DNA of 64,000 nucleotides from an uncultured Verrucomicrobiae bacterium (GCA_963834385.1 CAWIBO010000003.1:192001-256000); one strand, 5' to 3'; positions 29,891 through 40,872 are shown, counted from the first letter of the stretch. Made by a program: numbers and translations. The notes: a model not told the origin generated them from the sequence alone.

Positions 29891-32800
29891 TCAGGCCGGC
29901 TGCCAGAGCCCGCCCTCGCCCTCGTGGCGGCGACGCGCCAGCGCGGGTTCCTCCGCGTAACGAACTTCCTCCGCGGAATCCTCGGGCGTCGTGGCCTCGG
30001 CCGGCGGGCTGTCGTCATTTCTCGCCTGGTGCGTCTTCGCGATCAGGACGTACAGACTCGGCAGGATGAAAAGGGTCAGGAGCGTTCCGATGGCCATGCC
30101 GCCGACGAGGACAAGGCCGATCGAGTTGCGCGCCTCCGCCCCGGCGCCGGTCACGAGGATGAGCGGAAAATGGCCGGCGACGGTGGCAAACGTGGTCATG
30201 AGGACCGGGCGAAACCGGGTCCGCGCCGCTTCGGCGGCCGCCCGCACCTTGTCATAACCCTGGCGCTGCAATTCGTTGGCGAACTCGACGATGAGAATGC
30301 CGTTCTTCGCGATCAGACCGATGAGTGTCACCAGGCCGACCTGCGAATAGATGTTGAAGGAAGTGGTCCAGGCGTTGGTGAAAAACGGCATCGGCGCCGG
30401 GATCTTGAGAAAGATGAAGATCATGGCGCCGAACATGGCCAGGGGGACCGAGCCGCCGAGGATGATGAGCGGATCACGGAAGCTGTTGAACTGCGCGGCG
30501 AGGACCAGAAAAATCAGCGCGACCGCCAGAAGGAAAGCCTCGAGAAACTTGTCTCCTTCCTGCCGGAGCTGGCGGGAACTGCCGGTATAATCAATGGAAT
30601 AGCCGGCGGGCAGAATATTCGCGGCCTCGTTCTCAAGGAGCTTGAGCGCCTGGTCCACCGGACGGATGGCCTGGCCGCTGATCTTGACGGCGTTAAGCTG
30701 CTGCATGCGGTTGAGCGAGCGCGGCACCGTGCGCGTCCGCAGGGTGGCAATGCTGCTGAGCGGGATGAGCTTGTCCTCCGGCCCGGTCACATAAACGTCC
30801 GCCAGCTGATCGGCGTTGAGCCGGTCCACCCGCTGCACCTGCGGGATGACCTTGTAGCTGCGGCCCGACATGTTGAACCGGTTCACGAAGTTCCCGCCAA
30901 AGAGCGCGGAAAGATCGGCCCCGACCTCCTGCAGATCGAGCCCCATGGCCGCTACCTTGTCGTGATCGAGCACCACCTCGGTCTCCGGCTTGTCGATCTT
31001 GGTGTCGATCAACGGCGGAAAAGCGAACATCCCGCTCTCCATCGCCTTCTGTTGCAACTGGCGCGCGAACTCGAGGATCCGGTCCGGCTCGGCCGTGGAA
31101 AGAATGACAAACTCGACCGGGAAATCCGAACCGCCGGGGAGGGGATCGGGCATGATCGGGAACATCTGGATGCCGGGGATGCCTCCAAGTTTCTGCTGGA
31201 CCATCGGGAGGAGCTCGAAGGCCGATTTGTCGCGCTGATCCCACGGTTTCAGGACCATGCCGCCGAAGCCGAAGGTGGGGGAGGTGATCTGGAAGGAGTA
31301 ATTTGTCTCGGGGAAACTGTGGAAAACTTCCCCGGCCTGGTCGGCGTAGGCGATCGTCTGGTCGATTGTCGCCGTCGCCGGGGCCTGAATGATGCCGAAG
31401 ATGACGCCCTGGTCTTCCGTGGGCGCGAGTTCCACCGCGGCCACGAAATCCTTCGCGACAAACATCAGGATGGCGAGGGCGAAGACCGCTCCCCAGACCG
31501 TGTAAACCATGCCCCGATTGCGCAGCGTGACCTCGAGCCGTCGCATGTAGAAATCGCGCACCCGTTCAAAAATGCGGTTCACCCGCGCGCTGAATCCGCG
31601 GTCGGCCCCGCCCGGCTTGAGCAGTTTGGCCGACATGACGGGCGAAAGGGTGAGAGCGACCGCGCCGGAGATCAGGACCGCGCCGGCGAGGGTAAAGGCG
31701 AACTCGCGGAAAAGGGTGCCGGTGAGCCCGCCCTGGAAACCGATCGGGGTGTAAACCGCCGCGAGGGTGATGGTCATGGCGATGATCGGCTTGACCAGTT
31801 CGCGCGCCCCGAGGAAAGCCGCCTGCCGCGGGGTTAAACCTTCGCGGATATGCCGCTCCACGTTTTCCACCATGACGATGGCGTCATCGACCACGAGGCC
31901 GACGGAAAGCACAATGGCGAGAAGGGTGAGCAGGTTCAGGGTGAACCCGAAGATCTGCATGAGGAAGACCGCGCCGATGAGCGAGATCGGGATCGCGACA
32001 ATGGGGACAAGAACCGTGCGCCATGAACCGAGGAAGAGGAAAATCACCACCATGACGATGAGGAGAGTTTCCGTGAGCGTTTTCACGACCTCGTTGATGG
32101 CGGTGTTGATGTAGGCGGTGCCGTCGTAGGCGATGCGGCCCTGCAAACCGGAGGGGAGATCGCGCTGGATGGAATCCATCTCCGCCCGGACACGCTGGAT
32201 GACGTCGATCGAGTTGGCGTTGGGCAGCGGCCAGACGCCCATGAAAACGGCGCGCTGCTGCGAGAAACGCACTTCGTCGTCGTAGCTTTCCGCGCCGAGG
32301 ACGACATCGGCGACGTCACCCAGGCGAACGAGCGTGCCTTCCTCCTCGCGGATGACGAGCTGGCGGAATTGTTCCGGCGTCTGGATGTCGGTGTTGGCGG
32401 TCAGGTTGACCTGGACGAGCGAGCCCTTGGTGCTGCCGAGGGCGCTCAGGAAATTGTTCGCGGCGAGAGAGCGGCGGACCTGCGCGGGACTGACGTTCAG
32501 CGCGGCCATCCGGTCCGGCTTGAGCCAGATGCGCATGGCAAAGGTGCGGCCGCCGAGGATCTCGGCCCGCTGGACGCCGTCGAGCGCGGTCAGGCGCGGC
32601 TGCACCACGCGGTTGAGGTAATCGGTGATCTCGTTCGACTGGAGGATGTCGGAGGTGAAACTGAGATAGGCGGAGGCGAACTGGGAATCGGCGGCCTCCA
32701 GGTTGATGATCGGGACCTCGGCTTCCGGCGGGAGATCGCCGCGCACCTGGTCGACCTTGCTGCTGATCTCGGCCAGCGCCTCGTGCGCCGGGTAATTGAT

Positions 32801-33091
32801 CTTGAGCCGCGCGGTGATGGTGGAGGCGCTCTGGGCGCTCTCGGACTGCAGATAGTCAATGCCGTCCGCGCCGGCGATGGCGCGCTCGAGCGGGCTGGTG
32901 ATGAAGCCGCGCACCAGCTCGGCGCTCGCGCCCACGTAAACTGTCCGGACGGTGATGGAAGCCAGATCGCTCCGCGGATATTGCCGCACGTTCAGCGTCC
33001 GCCAGGCCTGGAGGCCGCCGATCAGGATGACGAGGCTGACGACCAGCGCCAGGACCGGCCGGCGAATGAAGATGTCGGTAAACGACTTCAT
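29891..33091 (-). CDS. RND efflux permease (AcrB family)
   Basis: FIRRPVLA, GLVVDDAIV, GLIAKNGILIVEFAN and RFRPVLMTT. Confidence 0.95.
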   Translation of the reverse strand: MKSFTDIFIRRPVLALVVSLVILIGGLQAWRTLNVRQYPRSDLASITVRTVYVGASAELVRGFITSPLERAIAGADGIDYLQSESAQSASTITARLKINYPAHEALAEISSKVDQVRGDLPPEAEVPIINLEAADSQFASAYLSFTSDILQSNEITDYLNRVVQPRLTALDGVQRAEILGGRTFAMRIWLKPDRMAALNVSPAQVRRSLAANNFLSALGSTKGSLVQVNLTANTDIQTPEQFRQLVIREEEGTLVRLGDVADVVLGAESYDDEVRFSQQRAVFMGVWPLPNANSIDVIQRVRAEMDSIQRDLPSGLQGRIAYDGTAYINTAINEVVKTLTETLLIVMVVIFLFLGSWRTVLVPIVAIPISLIGAVFLMQIFGFTLNLLTLLAIVLSVGLVVDDAIVMVENVERHIREGLTPRQAAFLGARELVKPIIAMTITLAAVYTPIGFQGGLTGTLFREFAFTLAGAVLISGAVALTLSPVMSAKLLKPGGADRGFSARVNRIFERVRDFYMRRLEVTLRNRGMVYTVWGAVFALAILMFVAKDFVAAVELAPTEDQGVIFGIIQAPATATIDQTIAYADQAGEVFHSFPETNYSFQITSPTFGFGGMVLKPWDQRDKSAFELLPMVQQKLGGIPGIQMFPIMPDPLPGGSDFPVEFVILSTAEPDRILEFARQLQQKAMESGMFAFPPLIDTKIDKPETEVVLDHDKVAAMGLDLQEVGADLSALFGGNFVNRFNMSGRSYKVIPQVQRVDRLNADQLADVYVTGPEDKLIPLSSIATLRTRTVPRSLNRMQQLNAVKISGQAIRPVDQALKLLENEAANILPAGYSIDYTGSSRQLRQEGDKFLEAFLLAVALIFLVLAAQFNSFRDPLIILGGSVPLAMFGAMIFIFLKIPAPMPFFTNAWTTSFNIYSQVGLVTLIGLIAKNGILIVEFANELQRQGYDKVRAAAEAARTRFRPVLMTTFATVAGHFPLILVTGAGAEARNSIGLVLVGGMAIGTLLTLFILPSLYVLIAKTHQARNDDSPPAEATTPEDSAEEVRYAEEPALARRRHEGEGGLWQPA

Positions 33092-34254
33092 GTGTTCGCG
33101 GGGGTCGGATTTTCCTCCGGTTTTGGCGCCACGTCCTTTTGCACCTGCACGGCCATGCCGTTCCGCAGCTTGAAGACCCCGGCGCTCACCACCTGGTCAC
33201 CCGGCTTCAAGCCCGTGGTCACGCCGACGAGATCGCCCCGCGTTTCGCCGATGCGGATGAACTGCTGCCGCACCGTGAGGGATTCCTGGCCGGTCTCGTC
33301 GTCCTTCTTTTTCTCGAGCACGTAAACGGAATCGCCGAAGGGCGCATAGGAAACCGCGGTCGCCGGGATGACCACGGTCGGCGTTTCCTGCGGCAAGGTA
33401 ACCTCGACCTTTCCGAACATGCCGGGGCGCAAAAGCAGCTCGGGGTTTGGCAGTGTCGCCTGCAGCGAAACGTTGCGCGTCACCGGATCAATCACGGAAT
33501 TGAGCGCGGTCAGTTTGCCCTCAAAGGTCTTCTCCGGGAACGCATCAGTCCGCACCGTCACCGGCAGCCCTTCCTTCAGGTCCGGTAACCGCTGCTGCGG
33601 CAGGGTGAAATCGACAAAGATCGGGTCGACCGCCTGCAGGGTGACAATGGGATCGCCCGCCTTGACCGTCTGGCCCACGTTCACCTGCCGGATGCCGGCA
33701 TGCCCGTCGAACGGCGCCCGGATGATCAGCTTGTCGAGCGTTCCCCGGGCCGTATCGGTCGAGGCCACGGTTCTCTTGAATTTTGCCTCGGCCGCGTCCA
33801 GCTCGGCCTGCGAAATGACCTTGCGCCGGGCCAGGTCGCGCGCCCGTTCCACTTCCGCCCGGGCCAACTCGGCCTCGGCTTCAGCGGCCTCGACCTGCCC
33901 TTCCTCCGAGGCCGAGTTTAAGCGCACCAGCAGATCGCCTTTCTTGACCATGGCGCCGCTTTGGAAAGCGACTTCCGCCACGATCCCCGGCACTTCGGCG
34001 CTCAGGAGCGAACCTTGCACCGGCGAAATGGTCCCCACCGCGCGCAACACCGGCGGCCAGTTCTTCTCCACCGCTGCCGTCACCGCCACCGCTTCCGGGG
34101 GCGGTCCGCCCTGCCCGCCGCCCGCCATCATGGCGCCGAATTGCAGGCCTTTCAGGCCGAAAACAAGAAGCAGGAAAACGGCGACGCCCGCGCCCAGGAG
34201 CAGCCAGTTTTTCCAACGAGAACGTTCTTTCATCAAGCCGCCCGGTCCTTTCAT
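33088..34254 (-). CDS. RND efflux periplasmic adaptor (MFP)
   Basis: IRAPFDGHAGIR, LLRPGMF and N-terminal TM; start may be 34233. Confidence 0.93.
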   Translation of the reverse strand: MKGPGGLMKERSRWKNWLLLGAGVAVFLLLVFGLKGLQFGAMMAGGGQGGPPPEAVAVTAAVEKNWPPVLRAVGTISPVQGSLLSAEVPGIVAEVAFQSGAMVKKGDLLVRLNSASEEGQVEAAEAEAELARAEVERARDLARRKVISQAELDAAEAKFKRTVASTDTARGTLDKLIIRAPFDGHAGIRQVNVGQTVKAGDPIVTLQAVDPIFVDFTLPQQRLPDLKEGLPVTVRTDAFPEKTFEGKLTALNSVIDPVTRNVSLQATLPNPELLLRPGMFGKVEVTLPQETPTVVIPATAVSYAPFGDSVYVLEKKKDDETGQESLTVRQQFIRIGETRGDLVGVTTGLKPGDQVVSAGVFKLRNGMAVQVQKDVAPKPEENPTPANT

Positions 34255-34883
34255 CGTTGCGCCAAAAGGGGTTCTTCCACCCCGCTGAAAAGGATGCGCC
34301 AGAGACTGCGCGCCACGCCGAGCTGTTTCTCGCGCCGTGCCTCCTCGGGCACACGCGCCAGGTGGAGCACTTCGCGCATCAGGAGACCGTCACTCACGGC
34401 CAGGACCAGTTCCGCCAGCTCGCGTGGCGAAAGATCCTGCGCCGCGCGGCCCGCTTCCGGCGCCCGGCGAATCAGCTCGGTCAGCCCGCTCAGAACGGTC
34501 TCCGAAACATCGCGCACCAGGGTGGCCACGGTGGGATTGCGGCCGGCCTCGGCAAAAAGATCGACCACAAAAGCCGCCTCAACCTGCGGCGCGTTCTCGC
34601 AGCAGTGCGCGGTGAAAAGGATTTCCAGCGCCTCCAGCAGGGTCGGAGCCAGCCGGGCCCGCTCGAAAACCTCCTGGATCTCCTGTTTGTGCTCGTCGGC
34701 CATCGCGGAAATGACCGCGTCCTTGTTTTCGAAATAGCGGTAGATCAGGCCGACGCTGATGCCGGCCTGCTCGCTGATGTCGTGCATGGTCGTCTGGTGA
34801 AAACCACGTTTGGCAAAGCAGACCATGGCGGCGCCCAGGATTTGCTGGCGGCGATCGGGGGAATCAGGGCGGGAAGAAGACAT
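34251..34883 (-). CDS. TetR/AcrR family regulator
   Basis: RRQQILGAAMVCFAKRGFHQTTMHDIS...GLIYRYFENKD; start inferred at MSSSRPD. Confidence 0.92.
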   Translation of the reverse strand: MSSSRPDSPDRRQQILGAAMVCFAKRGFHQTTMHDISEQAGISVGLIYRYFENKDAVISAMADEHKQEIQEVFERARLAPTLLEALEILFTAHCCENAPQVEAAFVVDLFAEAGRNPTVATLVRDVSETVLSGLTELIRRAPEAGRAAQDLSPRELAELVLAVSDGLLMREVLHLARVPEEARREKQLGVARSLWRILFSGVEEPLLAQR

Positions 34884-34909
34884 TGAGGAAAATGAGGGGA
34901 GGCGGAACA

Positions 34910-34934
34910 TGAATGAACGTTCATTCACTGTCAA
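34910..34934 (-). promoter_or_regulatory. TetR operator palindrome TGAATGAACGTTCATTCA next to a -35 box
   Basis: Perfect 18-bp palindrome at 34910-34927; TTGACA on the minus strand at 34929-34934. Confidence 0.8.
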
Positions 34935-35128
34935 ATGGCTGTTCATTGTTTGTCCCAAAAACTTCCGCCTCCGGGGGCGAAGTCTTCCGTGGAGTTTCCG
35001 GCCCTGTTTTACCCGTGCCGGCCTCGCCGATGAGCTCGTGCTCCTCCGGCGGCACGGCGAACGCGTTCTCACGCCAAAATCCTGTGTTCGACCTCCAGAC
35101 CGGGAAGCCTCATCTTCCCCCACCAGCA

Positions 35129-36115
35129 ATGACGCGCCTGGCTGCCGCTTTCCAATCGTATCCGCGCGACGAGCGCTGCCTTGTCGCGCTTTCCGGCGGA
35201 CGCGATTCGGTGGCCCTGCTTCACCTTCTGCTCGAGCACGGATTCACCCGCCTGATCCTTTGCCACCTGAATCACCAATTGCGCGGACGCGCCGCGGCCG
35301 CCGACGCGCGTTTTGTCGAGAAACTCGCGGCGGTTCATCGGCTCGAGTTGCAACTGGGCGAGGTCGATGTGGCCGCCTTTGCGCGGGAACGGAAACTTTC
35401 CGTGGAAACGGCCGGGCGCGCAGCGCGCTACGCCTTTTTCGTGCAGGTCGCCCGGCGCCGGCGAACTCCCCGGATTTTTCTCGGCCATCACGCCGACGAC
35501 CTTGTGGAAACGTTTCTTTTCAATCTCTTCCGCGGCGCCGGCACGGCCGGGCTGGCGTCGTTGCGGGAACGCTCGGTGCACCGGGTGGGCCGGACGGAGC
35601 TGCATCTGCTGCGCCCGCTGCTCGGCGTTTGGCGCGACGAGATCGACGCATACATTGCCGCGCGCAAGCTCACGTTCCGCGAGGACAAAACCAACCGGGA
35701 TCTCGACTCGAGACGCAACCGGATGCGCCACCTGATCATTCCCCAGATCGAAAATCTCCTCGGGCGGAACATTCGCAAAAGCGTCTGGCGCGCCGCCACC
35801 ATCGCCGCCGACGAGGATGCGCTGGCCACGCAGATGCTGCCCCCGGCGGCGACCCTGCAAAAGCGTGAGTTGGTTTTGTCCGAGCTGAACGCGTTGCCGG
35901 TGGCGGTGCAACGCCGCGCCCTGCGCGATTGGCTTCGGCACCATCACATTCCGGAGATTGGATTTGATCTCGTCGAAGGAATCCGGCTTTTGCTCGATCC
36001 GGCAAACGCGACCGCGCGGATCAATCTCCCGGGCGGCGGCCAGGCGCGGCGCCGGGCGAAAAAAATCTTCCTGGAGAAGGCAAAGGCCGGGCGGCGCGCG
36101 AAAACCGTTGATTAG
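35129..36115 (+). CDS. tilS: tRNA(Ile)-lysidine synthetase
   Basis: ALSGGRDS, NHQLRG, ARYAF, GHHADD..ET and RNRMRH. Confidence 0.92.
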   Translation: MTRLAAAFQSYPRDERCLVALSGGRDSVALLHLLLEHGFTRLILCHLNHQLRGRAAAADARFVEKLAAVHRLELQLGEVDVAAFARERKLSVETAGRAARYAFFVQVARRRRTPRIFLGHHADDLVETFLFNLFRGAGTAGLASLRERSVHRVGRTELHLLRPLLGVWRDEIDAYIAARKLTFREDKTNRDLDSRRNRMRHLIIPQIENLLGRNIRKSVWRAATIAADEDALATQMLPPAATLQKRELVLSELNALPVAVQRRALRDWLRHHHIPEIGFDLVEGIRLLLDPANATARINLPGGGQARRRAKKIFLEKAKAGRRAKTVD

Positions 36116-36118
36116 GAT

Positions 36119-37621
36119 GTGGGCAATTCATCCATCTGGCGCGAGGGAGCCGCGCCCCGTTACCCGAAGCTCTCGCAATCCCTCGAGGTCGACGTGCTCG
36201 TGGTCGGCGGCGGCCTCACCGGCCTGACCGCGGCCTTTCTCCTCAAGCAAGCGGGCAAAAGCGTGGCCGTGGTCGAGCGGGCGCGGCTGGGGGCAATCGA
36301 CACGGGCCAGACCACCGCGCACCTGACCATGGTGACCGATGCCCGGTTGCATGAACTGACCAGCCATTTCGGCCGCGACCATGCCGGGGCCGCCTGGGAT
36401 GCGGGCGCGGCCGCGATCGACCAGATCGAGTCGATTGTGACAAGCGAGGGAATCGACTGCCAGTTTCGCCGGGTGCCGGGGTTTTTGCATGCCGCCGACG
36501 GGCGCGCCCGGGAGGAGGAGAAGACCTTGCGGGAGGATGCGTCCCTGGCGCAGGAGTTTGGATTTTCCGCGACTTACCGCGAAGCCGTGCCGTTTTTCGA
36601 TGTCCCGGGCGTGCAGTTTTCCGACCAGGCCCTTTTTCATCCGCTGCGTTATCTGCATGGGCTGGCGCAGAAAGTGGCGGGGGACGGGTCCCACGTTTTT
36701 GAGGAAAGCGAGGCGGGCGAGTTCGACGCCGGGAACAACCGGGTGGAGGTGAACGGCCACTTCGTGAAACACGACCGGGTGATCATCGCCACGCACAACC
36801 CGCTGGTGGGTTACGCCGGCATGGCGGCCGCGACGTTGTTCCAGACCAAGCTCGCCCTCTACACAAGTTACGCCGTGGGCGCGACGATCCCCCGTGGGCG
36901 TCTGCCGATTGCCTCCTTTTGGGACACGGCTGATCCCTACAATTATCTGCGGGTCCATCCCGGCGACGGGCATGACATCGCGATTTATGGCGGCGCCGAT
37001 CACAAGACGGGGCAGGTCTCGGAGACGGAGACGTGTTTTGCGGCCATCGAAAAAAGGCTGCACGGCTTCCTGCCCGAGGCGGCGATCACGCATCGCTGGT
37101 CGGGCCAGGTGATCACGACGAACGACGGCCTGCCGTTCATCGGCGAAAACGCGGAGCGCCAGTTTATTGCCACCGGCTTTGCCGGCAACGGCATGACCTT
37201 CGGCACGGTCGCGGGCATGATGGCGCGCGACTGGGTGATGGGAACCAGGAACCCGTGGAGCGATCTCTTCGCGCCGGACCGCAAGAAGATCCGGGGCGGC
37301 ACCTGGGATTATCTCCGGGAGAACGTCGATTATCCCTATTACCTCGTGAAGGGCCATCTTCAGAAAGCGGAGGCGGAATCGGTGCGCGAGATCAAGCCGG
37401 GGGAGGGCCGGATCATTCGGGAAAACGGCGCAAGAATTGCCGCCTGCCGCGATCAGGACGGCGGCCTGCACAAGCGATCGGCCATCTGCCCGCACATGGG
37501 TTGCGTGGTCCGCTGGAACCAGGCCGAGTCAACCTGGGATTGCCCATGCCACGGATCGCGCTTCAAGCCGGACGGCGATGTCATCAGCGGGCCGGCCGAA
37601 TCGCCCCTGGCCAAACCCTAG
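36119..37621 (+). CDS. FAD-dependent oxidoreductase with C-terminal Rieske domain (YhfW-like)
   Basis: VVGGGLTG FAD motif; Rieske motifs CPHMGC and WDCPCHGSRF. Confidence 0.92.
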   Translation: MGNSSIWREGAAPRYPKLSQSLEVDVLVVGGGLTGLTAAFLLKQAGKSVAVVERARLGAIDTGQTTAHLTMVTDARLHELTSHFGRDHAGAAWDAGAAAIDQIESIVTSEGIDCQFRRVPGFLHAADGRAREEEKTLREDASLAQEFGFSATYREAVPFFDVPGVQFSDQALFHPLRYLHGLAQKVAGDGSHVFEESEAGEFDAGNNRVEVNGHFVKHDRVIIATHNPLVGYAGMAAATLFQTKLALYTSYAVGATIPRGRLPIASFWDTADPYNYLRVHPGDGHDIAIYGGADHKTGQVSETETCFAAIEKRLHGFLPEAAITHRWSGQVITTNDGLPFIGENAERQFIATGFAGNGMTFGTVAGMMARDWVMGTRNPWSDLFAPDRKKIRGGTWDYLRENVDYPYYLVKGHLQKAEAESVREIKPGEGRIIRENGARIAACRDQDGGLHKRSAICPHMGCVVRWNQAESTWDCPCHGSRFKPDGDVISGPAESPLAKP

Positions 37622-37678
37622 GGCGGTCGCGCGCGATATCGGTTTCCTCAGGGAGCGGACGCGATAGAGTAGCCGCCG

Positions 37679-39019
37679 ATGTCCGTTCCTGTCCGTGTTC
37701 GTTTTGCCCCGTCGCCCACCGGTTACCTGCATATCGGCGGCGCCCGCACCGCCTTGTTCAACTGGCTGCAGGCGCGCAAAACCGGCGGCGTTTTTGTCCT
37801 GCGGATCGAGGACACCGACAAGTCGCGCAACACCGAGGAAGCGGCCGCGGCGATTTACGATGGGCTGCGTTGGCTCGGGCTCGACTGGGATGAAGGTCCG
37901 CACGCCGGCGGGGAGTTCGGCCCTTATTTCCAGAGCCAGCGTGATGAGATTTACCAGCGTTACCTGGACCGCCTCCGCGAAGCGGGCGCGGTCTATGAGG
38001 ATGGTGGCGCCATCCGGTTCCGCGCCCCGCGCGAACACGTCGTGGTCGATGACCTTGTCTGCGGCCGGATCGACTTCGACCTGACCAACCCGGAGACCCA
38101 TCCGGACATGACCATCCGGCGCCCGGACGGCTCCTGGATCTTCCATTTTGTGAACGTGGTGGACGACATCGAGATGCGGATCAGCCACGTCATCCGGGGC
38201 GAGGATCACCTCTCGAACACACCCAAGCACGTGGAGCTTTATCGCGCGCTGGGCGCCGAGCCCCCGCGCTTTGCCCATATCCCGCTGATCCTGAACCAGG
38301 ACGGCTCGAAGATGAGCAAGCGCGACCTGGGGGCGAGCCTGCAAACCTATATCGAGAACGGGTTCCTGCCCGAGGCGGTGCGCAATTATCTCTGCCTGCT
38401 CGGCTGGTCGCCGAAGGATGACCGCGAGAAGATCGCGCTGGAAGAGGTCACTCGCCTTTTCGAGCTCGAGAAGATCAACCGCAAGAATGCGGCTTTCGAC
38501 CTCGAGAAATGCACCTGGCTCAATGCGGAATACATGAAGGAGATCACGCCGGAGCGGTTTCAGGAACTGGGCCGTCAGGCCCTTCGCCGGGCGGGCCTCG
38601 ATCTCTCCCTCTTCCCGGAAACCTACGTCGAGGCTGCGCTGGCCACCTGTCTCGGCAAGGTCCGGACCTTCCAGGAACTGCCGGTTTACGCCGGCTTTTA
38701 TTTCCGGGACGATTTTGTCTACGACGCCGCCGCGGCCGCGAAACATTTCGTCCCGGCGAACGAAAAACTGGTCACGATCATTCGCGAAGCCTTCGCCGAG
38801 GCCGAGGCGTTCGACGCCTCAGCCCTGGAATCGGTTCTCAAGACCACCGCCGCCAGTCTCCAGCTCAAGGTGGGCGCGCTGGTGCATCCGACGCGGCTGG
38901 CTGTCACCGGCGCCACCGCGGGGCCAAGCCTCTATCATCTTCTCGAGGTCCTCGGCCGCGAAAAGGTGCTGGCGCGACTCGATCGCGCTCTCGCGGACGC
39001 GAGTTTCAAGGCCGCCTGA
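37679..39019 (+). CDS. gltX: Glutamate--tRNA ligase
   Basis: RFAPSPTGYLHIGG, RIEDTD, IRGEDHLSN, KMSKR and the helical anticodon-binding domain. Confidence 0.93.
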   Translation: MSVPVRVRFAPSPTGYLHIGGARTALFNWLQARKTGGVFVLRIEDTDKSRNTEEAAAAIYDGLRWLGLDWDEGPHAGGEFGPYFQSQRDEIYQRYLDRLREAGAVYEDGGAIRFRAPREHVVVDDLVCGRIDFDLTNPETHPDMTIRRPDGSWIFHFVNVVDDIEMRISHVIRGEDHLSNTPKHVELYRALGAEPPRFAHIPLILNQDGSKMSKRDLGASLQTYIENGFLPEAVRNYLCLLGWSPKDDREKIALEEVTRLFELEKINRKNAAFDLEKCTWLNAEYMKEITPERFQELGRQALRRAGLDLSLFPETYVEAALATCLGKVRTFQELPVYAGFYFRDDFVYDAAAAAKHFVPANEKLVTIIREAFAEAEAFDASALESVLKTTAASLQLKVGALVHPTRLAVTGATAGPSLYHLLEVLGREKVLARLDRALADASFKAA

Positions 39020-39034
39020 CCGGCGCCGGACCCC

Positions 39035-40808
39035 TTACGTGTTGCCGGTCTCTTTCCGCCAGGTGTCTTTCAACGTCATTGTCCGGTTGAAGACCGGCGC
39101 GTCAGGGCGGGAATCGGGATCAAGCGCGATATAGGCCAGCCGTTCCAGTTGATATTGTTTTCCCGGCTCGGCGCGGCCGAGCGACGGCTCCAGTTTTGCC
39201 CGCACGATCTCCAGCGAATGGGGGTTCAGATGTTTCCGGAAATCGCCCCCCTCCTCCGGGTCCGGCTCGGTGAAAAGCCGGTCGTAAAGACGGACCTCCG
39301 CCTCGAGCGCGTCCGGGGCGCTGACCCAATGGATCGTGCCCTTGACCTTGCGGTTTGAGGTCGCGCCGCCGGTCTTGCTTTCGAGGTCGGCGGTGCAACG
39401 GAGCTCGACCACCTTGCCGCCGGCGTCCTTGATCACTTCCTCGCACTTGATGATGTAGGCGTATTTCAACCGCACTTCGCCCCCGGGCCGCAGCCGAAAA
39501 TATTTCGGAGGCGGCGTTTCCATGAAATCGGCCTCCTCGATGTAAAGCTCGCGGCTGAAGGGGAGGGGGCGTGTGCCGCCGTCCGGATTCTCCGGGTTGT
39601 TGGTGGCGTTCAGTTCCTCCGTTTGTCCGGCCGGGTAATTGGTCAGGACGACCTTGAGCGGGCGAAGCACGCCAAGCCGCCGTTCCGCTGTCCGGTTGAG
39701 CCGCTCGCGCACGGTGTGCTCAAAAGCGCCGACGTCGGTCAGGCTCGGGTATTTCGTGATCCCGATGTGATAGGCAAAATCGCGGATGGCGGCGGCGGGA
39801 ATGCCGCGCCGACGCAGGCCGGAGAGGGTGGGCATGCGGGGATCGTCCCAGCCGCGGACCGCAACCGTCCTGCACGAGCTGGAGCAGCTTGCGCTTGCTG
39901 ATCACGGTGTAATTCAGGTTGAGCCGGGCGAACTCGATCTGGCGCGGGAGGGTGCGCGGAAGATCAAGCGACTGCAGGATCCAATCGTAAAGCGGCCGGT
40001 GCACCTCGAATTCCAGGGTGCAAAGCGAATGGGTGATGCCCTCGATATAATCGCTCAGGCAATGCGCGAAATCGTACATCGGGTAAATGCACCATTTGTC
40101 GCCGGTATGATGATGTTCGGCGTGCCGGATCCGGTAGAGCACCGGGTCGCGCAGCCAGACGTTCGGGGCCGACATGTCGATCCGGGCGCGCAGGGTCCGC
40201 GCCCCGTCCGGAAACTCGCCCGCTTTCATTCGCGCCAGCAACTGGAGGTTCTCCTCCACTGATCGGTCACGGAACGGGCTCTCCTTGCCCGCCCGGCGAT
40301 ATTCGTCCGTCTCCTCGGGAGTCATGTCGTCGACGTAGGCCCGCCCTTTCCGGACCAGTTCCACGGCGCACTCGTAGATCTGGTCGAAATAATCGGAGGC
40401 AAAGAACGGCGTGACCGCCGTGCCGGGCGCGGGATTGCGCACCGCCGGCAGGTGAAAATCCTTTCGGCCCCGCACTTCACGCGTCTCCGGCGTTTTGCCG
40501 GAAGGTTTCAAGCCGACACGGTCGTCGGCCCACCCCTCGATCAGCCAGAGGATGTCCCGCGTGATCGATTCGACATACTCGGCTTCCTCCTTCTCCGGGT
40601 TGGTGTCGTCCATCCGGATGTTGCAGGTGCCGCCGAATTCGCGGGCAATGCCGAACCCGAGACAGATGGCCTTGGCGTGACCGATGTGCAGGTAGCCGTT
40701 CGGCTCGGGCGGGAAGCGTGTGTGAATCTCGCTGTGCCGGCCGGCCTGGAGGTCGTCCGCCACGATTTCGCGGATGAAGTCGGTCGGGGTGCCGTTTTCG
40801 CTGGTCAT
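39035..40808 (-). CDS. glnS: Glutamine--tRNA ligase; apparent frameshift near 39860
   Basis: [29 protein letters not shown] and ISKRKL; then in the next frame [16 protein letters not shown] and [10 protein letters not shown]. Confidence 0.92.
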
Positions 40809-40872
40809 GGGTGCGGCGGACAGTAGCAGACGAACGCGCATGCGGAAAATCCGACACGTGTCACATTTCGCC

